From positions 1-58,640 of the IMG/VR virus record IMGVR_UViG_3300009182_000072: 58,640 nt of DNA; one strand, given 5' to 3'. The notes beneath the pieces were generated by a model. That model did no database searches. It saw only the letters and a program-made list of their open reading frames with translations, and was not told the origin of the DNA. The position numbers and the translations under genes are program-made. This document shows positions 8,638 to 15,814 of the stretch, in pieces (the first letter of the stretch is position 1; each line of letters starts with the position of its first letter). Source of the stretch: a virus (lineage: Duplodnaviria; Caudoviricetes).

Positions 8638-9291
8638 ATGAAAACTTTTATTGATCATGATTTCCCTAAACTCCAACGTGACACTTCCCCCGATGGCACA
8701 CGAGTCTATAAAACACCGACGGGTCGAGCCTATCCAAGCGTCACTACCGTTACAGGACTCCACACAGCAAAAGGAATCGCCGAGTGGAGACGAAGAGTCG
8801 GAAATGAAGAAGCTAACAGAATCAGTTCCCGAGCAAGTGCCAGAGGTACAAGAATCCACTCTCTCTGCGAAGCATATCTCCGCAATGAACGATGTGAACC
8901 TGATATCTTCGATAAAGAGTTATTTGGAAGCATATCACAGTGGCTCGAAGACATAGATAATATACATGCCATTGAAGAACCACTGTACTCAGATTATCTT
9001 GAAGTAGCTGGTACTGTTGATTGCATTGCTGAGTTTCAGGGTAAGTTATCAGTTATCGATTTTAAGACTTCTAGTAAGCCAAAAGATCGTGATGATATCT
9101 ACAACTACTTTATGCAGTGTGCTGCATATTCAGTGGCATTTGAAGAGAGAACAGGTATTCCTATTGGGAGACTTGTGATCATAATGGCAGTTGATAATGA
9201 TGATCCAAGATTGTTCATTGAAAAACGTGACAACTGGATTGGTGGATTTCGTAAACTAAGATTAGATTATAAAAATTTAAAAGGAGTATAA
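8638..9291 (+). CDS. PD-(D/E)XK exonuclease
   Basis: YPSVTT, RGTRIH, AGTVDCI, IDFKTS, Q..AY motifs; usual neighbour of phoH in T4-like phages. Confidence 0.85.
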   Translation: MKTFIDHDFPKLQRDTSPDGTRVYKTPTGRAYPSVTTVTGLHTAKGIAEWRRRVGNEEANRISSRASARGTRIHSLCEAYLRNERCEPDIFDKELFGSISQWLEDIDNIHAIEEPLYSDYLEVAGTVDCIAEFQGKLSVIDFKTSSKPKDRDDIYNYFMQCAAYSVAFEERTGIPIGRLVIIMAVDNDDPRLFIEKRDNWIGGFRKLRLDYKNLKGV

Positions 9292-9292
9292 T

Positions 9293-10135
9293 ATGGCACT
9301 AACAGTCCCAGACGTAAATAATATTGTTCTAGCAAACATTGGTGGGATGCCACAAATTCCAGCAACCACAACAACAGTGGAAGGTAGAACTGTTACACCA
9401 CAAATTTCTACATTGTGTGCACTTGGTCAGGCAATTGCACATCTTTGGGATGCAATTAAATCGGCTCTTAATGCCTTTATGAATGGAATTGATAATTTAA
9501 TTCTCAATCCTTTAAAAGCATTTGCCACAGCTTGTTTGAATGCTATCAATGCTGTATTGACTAAAATAGCTGCTCTCTTAAACGCTGCCAGTACTGCTTT
9601 GCGTGCTGCACTGCAAGCTGTTATTAATGCGTTTAATGCTGCTATTACTGCAATAACAAATATCATCTCTCACATTGGAAGATTGTTGGGTGAAAAACTT
9701 CAGCAACTCTTGGCTTCTTTCACACAGTGTGCTCCACCACAAGTTGGCGCAAAGACTTATAACAAAAGTGATCTCGCAAGTAGTTTAGATCAAAAGCAAC
9801 CTATTATTGATATACAAACTAAATCAGATCTTATCAATACAATATTGGATGATACTAATACAAGTGATGATGAAAAAATTGCTCTATTGAATAGCGCATC
9901 TGGAACTATAACTACACACTCTGGCACGTTAGATGCTGCTGTTGCACATGATGAAGCCAACTTGGCAGAATCCCAACTACAGGCTCAAGGTATTGGTAAG
10001 ATGACTACTTTGGCGAATGCACTAAATAACCCAGTGACTGCTGATTTTGCTACTTCAATTATTAATCCAGCAAGTAGCGATATGATTTCAGGTCTTGCTA
10101 CAGTAATGAATACAAAACCTGTAGTTTTTGTTTAA
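9293..10135 (+). CDS. Ala-rich amphipathic-helix hypothetical protein
   Basis: 280 aa ORF with AAGGAG SD. Confidence 0.75.
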   Translation: MALTVPDVNNIVLANIGGMPQIPATTTTVEGRTVTPQISTLCALGQAIAHLWDAIKSALNAFMNGIDNLILNPLKAFATACLNAINAVLTKIAALLNAASTALRAALQAVINAFNAAITAITNIISHIGRLLGEKLQQLLASFTQCAPPQVGAKTYNKSDLASSLDQKQPIIDIQTKSDLINTILDDTNTSDDEKIALLNSASGTITTHSGTLDAAVAHDEANLAESQLQAQGIGKMTTLANALNNPVTADFATSIINPASSDMISGLATVMNTKPVVFV

Positions 10136-10153
10136 TTTGTGAAAGGTATTTAA

Positions 10154-10474
10154 ATGATTCCATTATTTGACTATGGTTCTATTAAAGAAGAACATAAATT
10201 AGCTGCAGAAGAATGCGCTAAGATGATTGAACCACATCAATCATATGTAGCTAATCAGATTCGTGAAAGATTTAAGATTGTGGAGCCAGAAAGAATGGAT
10301 CCCGAGAGTAGCGAATTCTATAGAACAGCAAAAGAATTTGGTTTGCATGTAGCAATGCAAGGTCATATGGTTGGACCAGATGGGGTTCAAATACCAATGG
10401 TTATAGTTTGTGCTGAACTACCAAAGTTTGATGAATTTTTGCAGTACTACAAAAAGTTGAACTGCAAAGATTAA
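10154..10474 (+). CDS. hypothetical protein
   Basis: ORF with AAGGT SD. Confidence 0.75.
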   Translation: MIPLFDYGSIKEEHKLAAEECAKMIEPHQSYVANQIRERFKIVEPERMDPESSEFYRTAKEFGLHVAMQGHMVGPDGVQIPMVIVCAELPKFDEFLQYYKKLNCKD

Positions 10475-10485
10475 TACGGTATAAT
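10457..10485 (+). promoter_or_regulatory. sigma70-like promoter upstream of the tmRNA
   Basis: TTGAAC(10457-10462)-17 nt ending GG-TATAAT(10480-10485). Confidence 0.7.
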
Positions 10486-10491
10486 TATGTG

Positions 10492-10800
10492 TAAGTGAAT
10501 GGTTGTTTGAAATTAACCGAAAGGTGTTGCGGACGGGAGTTCGATTCTCCCCACCTCCACCAGAAACATACTAGGTCGTTGAGTTAAAAAGTCGCATGTG
10601 ATGCGCTCAGATTAAAATAGTATGTTTCTGATGGGGGTGACCAGGTTTCGACGTGGCAATAAGTACGAAGATGGACAACTCGAGACAGATACTCGTTAAA
10701 AGTAAACAAAAGTAAACGCAAACGACTCACAGTTCGCATTGGCAGCCTAAACGCTGACTAGGGTTTCGGTAGGTTTCCTCGTAACAGAATAACCTACCAC
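10492..10800 (+). ncRNA. ssrA: circularly permuted (two-piece) tmRNA
   Basis: Acceptor piece GGACGGGAGTTCGATTCTCCCCACCTCCACCA ends at 10562; intervening 13-bp stem 10561-10573/10618-10630; coding piece starts GGGGGTGACCAGGTTTCGAC at 10633; tag frame 10718-10750 = ANDSQFALAA*; G3-U70 pair. Outer ends are estimates. Confidence 0.93.
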
Positions 10801-10825
10801 TTTTAACTTTTAAGGGAATTTACAG

Positions 10826-11269
10826 ATGAAGAAAATGATTTTTGTAGCTGCATTAATGGCAGCAGTTTCTGCGCAAGCAGTTGAGTTGGGTATCAATGCA
10901 AGTCGTGATAATGGTAACTCCAATCGTGATGGCGGTGGCTTGACCATCTCTGAAAGTTTCGGTACAACTGGTATCGTAGCTGGTTGGGATCGTTACTCAA
11001 GTGGTACTGAATTGAACAAGTATAGCTTGATGGGCACTTATGATGTTGCTAATTTTGGTAAAGCAGTTGTAGCTGTTAAAGCTGGTGTTGCTTATGTAGA
11101 CCAAAAGAATTCAACTGATGGTTATGCTGGTTTGGTTGGTGTAGGCGTATCATACCCAGTTGCTAAGAAAGTTTCTTTAACTGCAGATTATCGTTATCAA
11201 GCAGGTCAAAGTCGCATTTCTAGTCTAGATGGTGGTGCTGTTTCTGCTGGCTTGAAGTACTCGTTCTAA
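10826..11269 (+). CDS. outer-membrane beta-barrel protein (OmpA-TM/Ail/Lom-like)
   Basis: Sec signal peptide ending AQA, alternating amphipathic strands, C-terminal LKYSF beta-signal. Confidence 0.85.
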   Translation: MKKMIFVAALMAAVSAQAVELGINASRDNGNSNRDGGGLTISESFGTTGIVAGWDRYSSGTELNKYSLMGTYDVANFGKAVVAVKAGVAYVDQKNSTDGYAGLVGVGVSYPVAKKVSLTADYRYQAGQSRISSLDGGAVSAGLKYSF

Positions 11270-11275
11270 TGTTTT

Positions 11276-11776
11276 ATGCTAGGTGTAATACTAGGTAATG
11301 GACCAAGCAAACACTGTTTTGACAGAAATGGTGATTTTGTAATTGGTTGCAACATTCCTGGTGATGCATTTAGCGTTGATGCTACAGTAATCGCTGACGA
11401 AGAAATTGTTTGGATTTTAAAATCAACTCCAAACATTATTCAATGTCCGATTATTGTTAGCACCAAAGCATGGGAAAAGATGAAAGAATTGCGGATTGAT
11501 GATCAGTTTACAATTCTTCATGTTTTCAAACCAAAGGAATGGTATAACGCAGCCCACTATGCTGCGGACTTTCTTTTAGAATTTAGTGCATGTGATGGCA
11601 TAAATATATGGGGATGTGATTCTATATTTCAAGATAACATAGCATCAACCACTGATCAGTTTGTCAAAAAAGAAAACACTGCCGATATGAAGTTTATTAG
11701 AAATTGGCGCAGAATCTGGGATGACATCTTTGATCAAAATCCGAATGTTAATTTTAATGCAATGAGGGTGGATTAA
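11276..11776 (+). CDS. hypothetical protein, glycosyltransferase/MAF-like
   Basis: ILGNGPS, IGCN and IWGCD motifs. Confidence 0.55.
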   Translation: MLGVILGNGPSKHCFDRNGDFVIGCNIPGDAFSVDATVIADEEIVWILKSTPNIIQCPIIVSTKAWEKMKELRIDDQFTILHVFKPKEWYNAAHYAADFLLEFSACDGINIWGCDSIFQDNIASTTDQFVKKENTADMKFIRNWRRIWDDIFDQNPNVNFNAMRVD

Positions 11777-11958
11777 TGAAAACTTTATTTACAATTTTAG
11801 TAATGGCTCTAGCAACAACTGTTTTTGCAGCAGAAAAGAAACCAGAAGCACCAAAGAAAGTTGAAAAGTGCGTTCCTAGCAAAGAAGTAGTTTGCGATAA
11901 AAATCTTCAAGGAAAAACTCGTCCAAAGCCAAAGAAGCAGATAGAAACTACTAAATAG
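11776..11958 (+). CDS. small secreted Lys-rich protein
   Basis: Signal peptide MKTLFTILVMALATTVFA; two Cys. Confidence 0.7.
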   Translation: MKTLFTILVMALATTVFAAEKKPEAPKKVEKCVPSKEVVCDKNLQGKTRPKPKKQIETTK

Positions 11959-12020
11959 TATACACAGTGGGTTGATGGATCCCAATAAAACCATCTTTTT
12001 TTAACACACACACAAAGGAG
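11951..12020 (+). promoter_or_regulatory. late promoter plus candidate structured leader (pseudoknot, U7, CA repeat, SD)
   Basis: CTAAATA 11951-11957; TGGG/CCCA and GATGG/CCATC interleaved stems; T7; (CA)5; AAGGAG. Confidence 0.5.
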
Positions 12021-12026
12021 AAAATT

Positions 12027-12302
12027 ATGGCAAACCTTACGCCATTTGAAATCCGTCTTGAACTTCTCAAGATGGCAAAAGACATGCTTTCCGAGGAATA
12101 CTATGGTAAGCGTGAAGTAATTAGCAACGACTGGCAAACTAAAGTCGAATCTGCTAAAATCAATGGTGGCACGATTCCTGATCATCCAGGATTCCCTGCT
12201 TACCCAGTAGAAAGCGACATCATTGCAAAGGCGCAAGTCTTGAATGGTTTCGTTTCAAACATCCCCCAAGATACAAAGACTACTAGCAAGAAGTCAACCT
12301 GA
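12027..12302 (+). CDS. hypothetical phage protein (TPFEIRLELLKMA)
   Basis: Strong SD; flanked by a promoter and a hairpin. Confidence 0.85.
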   Translation: MANLTPFEIRLELLKMAKDMLSEEYYGKREVISNDWQTKVESAKINGGTIPDHPGFPAYPVESDIIAKAQVLNGFVSNIPQDTKTTSKKST

Positions 12303-12312
12303 TACGGGATTG

Positions 12313-12336
12313 AAAGAGAGCATCCGCTCTCTTTCT
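12313..12336 (+). terminator. stem-loop, putative terminator or attenuator
   Basis: GAAAGAGAGC-ATCC-GCTCTCTTTC, 10-bp perfect stem. Confidence 0.6.
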
Positions 12337-12356
12337 TAACTAATTAAGGAGATACT

Positions 12357-12953
12357 ATGCGAGTGTATTTATACATACTCATACTCATATCAACAATTGT
12401 TGCAATTACATTTGCTGCAACTGCATATCCACAAAATTTTAAATTATTTGACATCCGATACTCTGAACTAACAAAAGAAGCGAAACAACAAGTAGCATGT
12501 TTAGCTGAGAACATCTATTATGAAGCTGGTTATGAACCAGAAGATGGAAAACTAGCTGTTGCTCTAGTCACATTGAATAGGACACAAAGTCCAAAATTCC
12601 CAAACAATATTTGTGGTGTTGTAAAACAGAAAACCAACTCCACTTGCCAGTTTACATGGTTCTGTGAACCAATGAGGTTAAATAAGAATAACATCGCTTA
12701 TGAAAAAGCCATGGAAGTTGCTTTGTTTGCTTATGCAAACTATGAAGTTATAGATGATATAACAAAGGGTGCTCTATATTATCATGCTGACTACGTTAAC
12801 CCAAGATGGAAACTTCAACGAACAACCATAATCGGTCGACATATTTTTTATAAAGAAGGTGGTATACACAATGATGGAAAAACTAAACCTGTCTCTAAAA
12901 GAGGACAGTTCGAGGCACTCGTTCTTTCTCTTGATGGAGGAAGTAACTCTTAA
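12357..12953 (+). CDS. SleB-like cell wall hydrolase (Hydrolase_2) with N-terminal TM/signal
   Basis: CLAENIYYEA, AVALVTLNR, CQFTW, GALYYHADYVNPRW, IGRHIFYK. Confidence 0.9.
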   Translation: MRVYLYILILISTIVAITFAATAYPQNFKLFDIRYSELTKEAKQQVACLAENIYYEAGYEPEDGKLAVALVTLNRTQSPKFPNNICGVVKQKTNSTCQFTWFCEPMRLNKNNIAYEKAMEVALFAYANYEVIDDITKGALYYHADYVNPRWKLQRTTIIGRHIFYKEGGIHNDGKTKPVSKRGQFEALVLSLDGGSNS

Positions 12954-13428
12954 TACTTGTAAGCAAGCAGTTGAGTGGATTCTTGAAGCAAATTTTGCTG
13001 AAGAAACTCCAGAGATGCTTAATTTAATTATTACTAGTCCAGGTGGCGATCTTAATGCTGCGTTTGCATTAGTTGATGTAATGCGTGGCTCTTCAATACC
13101 AATACGAACAGTTGGTCTTGGACAGGTTGCTTCTGCTGGTCTGATGATTTTTATTGCAGGTACAAATGGTCAGCGAATTCTTACACCGAATACTTCTATT
13201 CTATCACACCAATATTCATGGGGTGCGTTTGGTAAAGAGCATGAACTGTTTGCGCAGATTAAAGAATTTGATCTAACTACAAAACGTATGGTATCTCACT
13301 ATAAGAAATGTACTGGTCTTAAAGAAGAACAGATTCGTGAATATCTACTTCCTCCACAAGACATCTGGCTCAGTTCTGCTGAAGCCAAAAAATTAGGATT
13401 ATGCGATGACGTTAAAGATCTTAAGTAA
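12871..13428 (+). CDS. clpP: ClpP-family serine protease
   Basis: IITSPGGD, GQVASAG (Ser), SHQ (His), QDIWL (Asp), EAKKLGLCD. Confidence 0.9.
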   Translation: MMEKLNLSLKEDSSRHSFFLLMEEVTLNTCKQAVEWILEANFAEETPEMLNLIITSPGGDLNAAFALVDVMRGSSIPIRTVGLGQVASAGLMIFIAGTNGQRILTPNTSILSHQYSWGAFGKEHELFAQIKEFDLTTKRMVSHYKKCTGLKEEQIREYLLPPQDIWLSSAEAKKLGLCDDVKDLK

Positions 13429-13597
13429 TTACGTAAAGTATTCTGGCATTTGGATTAGTATTACACTAAATCCATTTCACTGGCGTCTCGCCTTTGAGTT
13501 TATGCAACCCGATGAACTCAATCCAAATATGCGAGGCATTTTTATATCACTCTTACCAATTTCATTGAGAGTGGTTGTCGACGATGGTTCATGGTAG
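13406..13597 (+). CDS. hypothetical protein
   Basis: ORF fills the gap in the operon. Confidence 0.6.
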   Translation: MTLKILSNYVKYSGIWISITLNPFHWRLAFEFMQPDELNPNMRGIFISLLPISLRVVVDDGSW

Positions 13598-13605
13598 GAG
13601 AAAAT

Positions 13606-13851
13606 ATGAACAATAAAGAAAGTTTAGCATTTATCATTGGAGTTGTTTTAATTGCAGTTACGGCTATTGGTTGTGCAACTTATTACAATTACCACAAGAC
13701 TAACTCAATGCAGTCTAACATTGAGTCAGCTATTGTTAAAGGGATTGATCCTCTTGCAGTTCGTTGTGCTTATGAACATGGTGATAATGTTTGCATTGCA
13801 TATGCAATCGCCCATGGCAAGATGGAATCTCAGACTACAGTCAAAAAATAG
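13606..13851 (+). CDS. membrane-anchored hypothetical protein
   Basis: AGGAG SD; N-terminal TM helix. Confidence 0.75.
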   Translation: MNNKESLAFIIGVVLIAVTAIGCATYYNYHKTNSMQSNIESAIVKGIDPLAVRCAYEHGDNVCIAYAIAHGKMESQTTVKK

Positions 13852-13884
13852 TCCTACAAAAGTGAGGGGATTAGCAGAAATCCC

Positions 13885-13913
13885 TTTACTTTAATTCAGA
13901 CTTCAGGTATAAT
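13885..13913 (+). promoter_or_regulatory. sigma70-like early promoter
   Basis: TTTACT(13885-13890)-17 nt-TATAAT(13908-13913). Confidence 0.85.
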
Positions 13914-13942
13914 TATATTATAGTGACTGAATAGGATTTGTT

Positions 13943-14287
13943 ATGCAGATGATACATACTGGACCAGCCAAATCAAAGAAACCCAAGCCTAACGCTAAAC
14001 AGCGAGAGTTGCAGAGCGAGTGGGAACGAATGCTCAAGAAGTATGCCACAAAGAAGGTTGTTCAAAAAGAGCAATCACTCAGTGATGTGTACTCACTTGG
14101 AAAATCTGCTCGTCGTGAGACGCCTAGGATTCCAAGTCTTCCCTTTACTGGTGGACCATGTGCATTAAAGCCACCTCCAGTCTACACAGGTTCTCTAATC
14201 AAAGGTATTGGTACTATGCATAAGTCAAATGCAGTGCCGATCTTTTCTGATCAAGAAGCCATTGACATTGCAACAATGAGGAGATGA
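13943..14287 (+). CDS. basic hypothetical protein of T4-like phages
   Basis: AGGA SD; GIGTMHKSNAVPIF C-terminal motif. Confidence 0.75.
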   Translation: MQMIHTGPAKSKKPKPNAKQRELQSEWERMLKKYATKKVVQKEQSLSDVYSLGKSARRETPRIPSLPFTGGPCALKPPPVYTGSLIKGIGTMHKSNAVPIFSDQEAIDIATMRR

Positions 14288-14288
14288 T

Positions 14289-14477
14289 ATGAGTGAATTC
14301 TGTGTTAAGTGTGCTGAGAAAGAAGCTGAGATAGAACTTCTGCGTAAGAAGTACCATCAGGAAGCTGTATGTATGAAAAATAAAATTACCCACCTGACTA
14401 GAGAAAATGAAGCACTCATCCTTGATGTTGCATTTTATGGCGGTAATATGATAAACTTGTCTTGCAATGATAAATAA
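14289..14477 (+). CDS. small coiled-coil hypothetical protein
   Basis: GAGGAG SD. Confidence 0.7.
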   Translation: MSEFCVKCAEKEAEIELLRKKYHQEAVCMKNKITHLTRENEALILDVAFYGGNMINLSCNDK

Positions 14478-14485
14478 GGTATAAT
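14457..14485 (+). promoter_or_regulatory. sigma70-like promoter with a late box (ATAAATA) in its spacer
   Basis: TTGTCT(14457-14462)-17 nt-TATAAT(14480-14485); ATAAATA at 14470-14476. Confidence 0.7.
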
Positions 14486-14491
14486 TACATT

Positions 14492-14758
14492 ATGAATACA
14501 AACTACACAAAAATCGTTTCGTTCGCAACTGATCGTAACACCCAAGGTATCCATGACACACACCACGAACTTCTTGTGGAGCGCATGCGTCTGGATAAAT
14601 TCTTCAGCATGTATCTTGATAAATTTGAGCGCAAGATGGATCCTGAGAAAACCAACACACCTATCTGGCATCTCTATAAAAAGAAAATGCGTGAGTATGG
14701 TGAACTTCAACAAGCAATCAAAGCAGCAGAATACTACCTGAAGAAATCATATGTTTAA
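14492..14758 (+). CDS. hypothetical protein (probably leaderless)
   Basis: ATG 7 nt after the -10 box. Confidence 0.75.
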   Translation: MNTNYTKIVSFATDRNTQGIHDTHHELLVERMRLDKFFSMYLDKFERKMDPEKTNTPIWHLYKKKMREYGELQQAIKAAEYYLKKSYV

Positions 14759-14966
14759 GAACTCAAATGAATTTTCTTTGCTTATCGAACAGATCGTTAA
14801 GGAAAAACGCATCAATCACATGGATGCAGTTCTGGAGTATTGTAAGCAGAACTACCTTGAACCAGAAGATGTAAAGTCTCTCATCAACAAATCCCTCAAG
14901 GAAAAGATCGAGATGAACTTTCGTGAGATGAATTATTTACCTAAACAAGCACAGCTAGATGTATAA
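14751..14966 (+). CDS. 33: late transcription co-activator gp33
   Basis: FSLLIEQIVKEKRINHMDAVLEYC...LINKSLKEKIE; 33-59-32 synteny. Confidence 0.85.
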   Translation: MFKNSNEFSLLIEQIVKEKRINHMDAVLEYCKQNYLEPEDVKSLINKSLKEKIEMNFREMNYLPKQAQLDV

Positions 14967-15580
14967 TGGACGGATTTAAAGCATTTAAGTATTACATTTC
15001 TATCAAGTTACATTTCTCAAAAGATTCTTTCGATGTGTTTAAAAACAGGGGTGCTGTACAAGGAACTCGTGAAGCATTCCACGCACGCAATGATAGATAT
15101 ATGTTTGAGAAGTTAGCTCGTAAGTTTCCTGTTGACAAAGACCTTATTCAATTTTTCGTTGCAAATTTCGCATACGGTAATGAGAATATTGTTTATGCCT
15201 CAGAAGAAGCTGAGACTTACCTGATGGCTTGGCAAAAACGTAAACAATCCATGACGAAAATCTTTGCAGATGACTGCAATAAAATTTTAATGGATGCTTA
15301 CAAACGCAAGATTAAACAAGAATCGATTTTAAATTTTACTTTAAATCAATATCCAAGTATACTTAACTTATACCTTGGAAAACAAATTGGGATTGAAACC
15401 CTTAGGATTATAGATGACTTCGAGAATTTACTTGGTGCGTGGAAACAACACAGTTCTATGTTATTACTGTGGGAAAACGAGATACGCAAAGTTGAGAAAG
15501 TTAGAGGATTTGTTAAGTACGATCAAGAAAAAGTCTTAACAGTTTTTAATCAATTTAAAGAAGAGATAGCAGAGTTGTAA
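14966..15580 (+). CDS. 59: helicase loader gp59
   Basis: YISIKLHF...YMFEKLARK...FFVANF; synteny. Confidence 0.85.
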   Translation: MDGFKAFKYYISIKLHFSKDSFDVFKNRGAVQGTREAFHARNDRYMFEKLARKFPVDKDLIQFFVANFAYGNENIVYASEEAETYLMAWQKRKQSMTKIFADDCNKILMDAYKRKIKQESILNFTLNQYPSILNLYLGKQIGIETLRIIDDFENLLGAWKQHSSMLLLWENEIRKVEKVRGFVKYDQEKVLTVFNQFKEEIAEL

Positions 15581-15581
15581 T

Positions 15582-15791
15582 ATGGGTAAGACCTATCATA
15601 AAAATTCAAAGAAATTTGAAGAAGATTTTTCTGGTCAGCGTTCTGGAAAATCCACTGGTAAAAAAAGTGGCGGTATGAAAACGCTAAATAGTTATGTTGA
15701 TGAAGACTATGATGATCCATTTGTCGATGAGGTAGATGGAATAACTGATCAGATCTTTATTCAACATATAAAACAAGACGATACTAATTAA
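15582..15791 (+). CDS. small hypothetical protein, basic N-terminus and acidic C-terminus
   Basis: ORF between genes 59 and 32. Confidence 0.6.
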   Translation: MGKTYHKNSKKFEEDFSGQRSGKSTGKKSGGMKTLNSYVDEDYDDPFVDEVDGITDQIFIQHIKQDDTN

Positions 15792-15814
15792 TACTTTAAT
15801 ACGAAGGAAATACA

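Noticed and set aside
8638-9291. Cas4-like nuclease suggesting CRISPR-Cas
   Set aside because: No four-Cys cluster pattern, no other cas genes and no repeat-spacer array; this is the usual T4-like exonuclease near phoH.
9287-9292. TATAAT before ORF 9293 as another leaderless promoter
   Set aside because: It abuts the ATG, has no good -35 box at 17 nt and follows a normal AAGGAG SD.
10531-10562. tRNA gene or integration-site (att) remnant suggested by the T-arm plus CCA
   Set aside because: There is no upstream D or anticodon arm; the matching 5' acceptor strand and tag frame lie downstream, so it belongs to the permuted tmRNA. No integrase or duplicated att site was seen.
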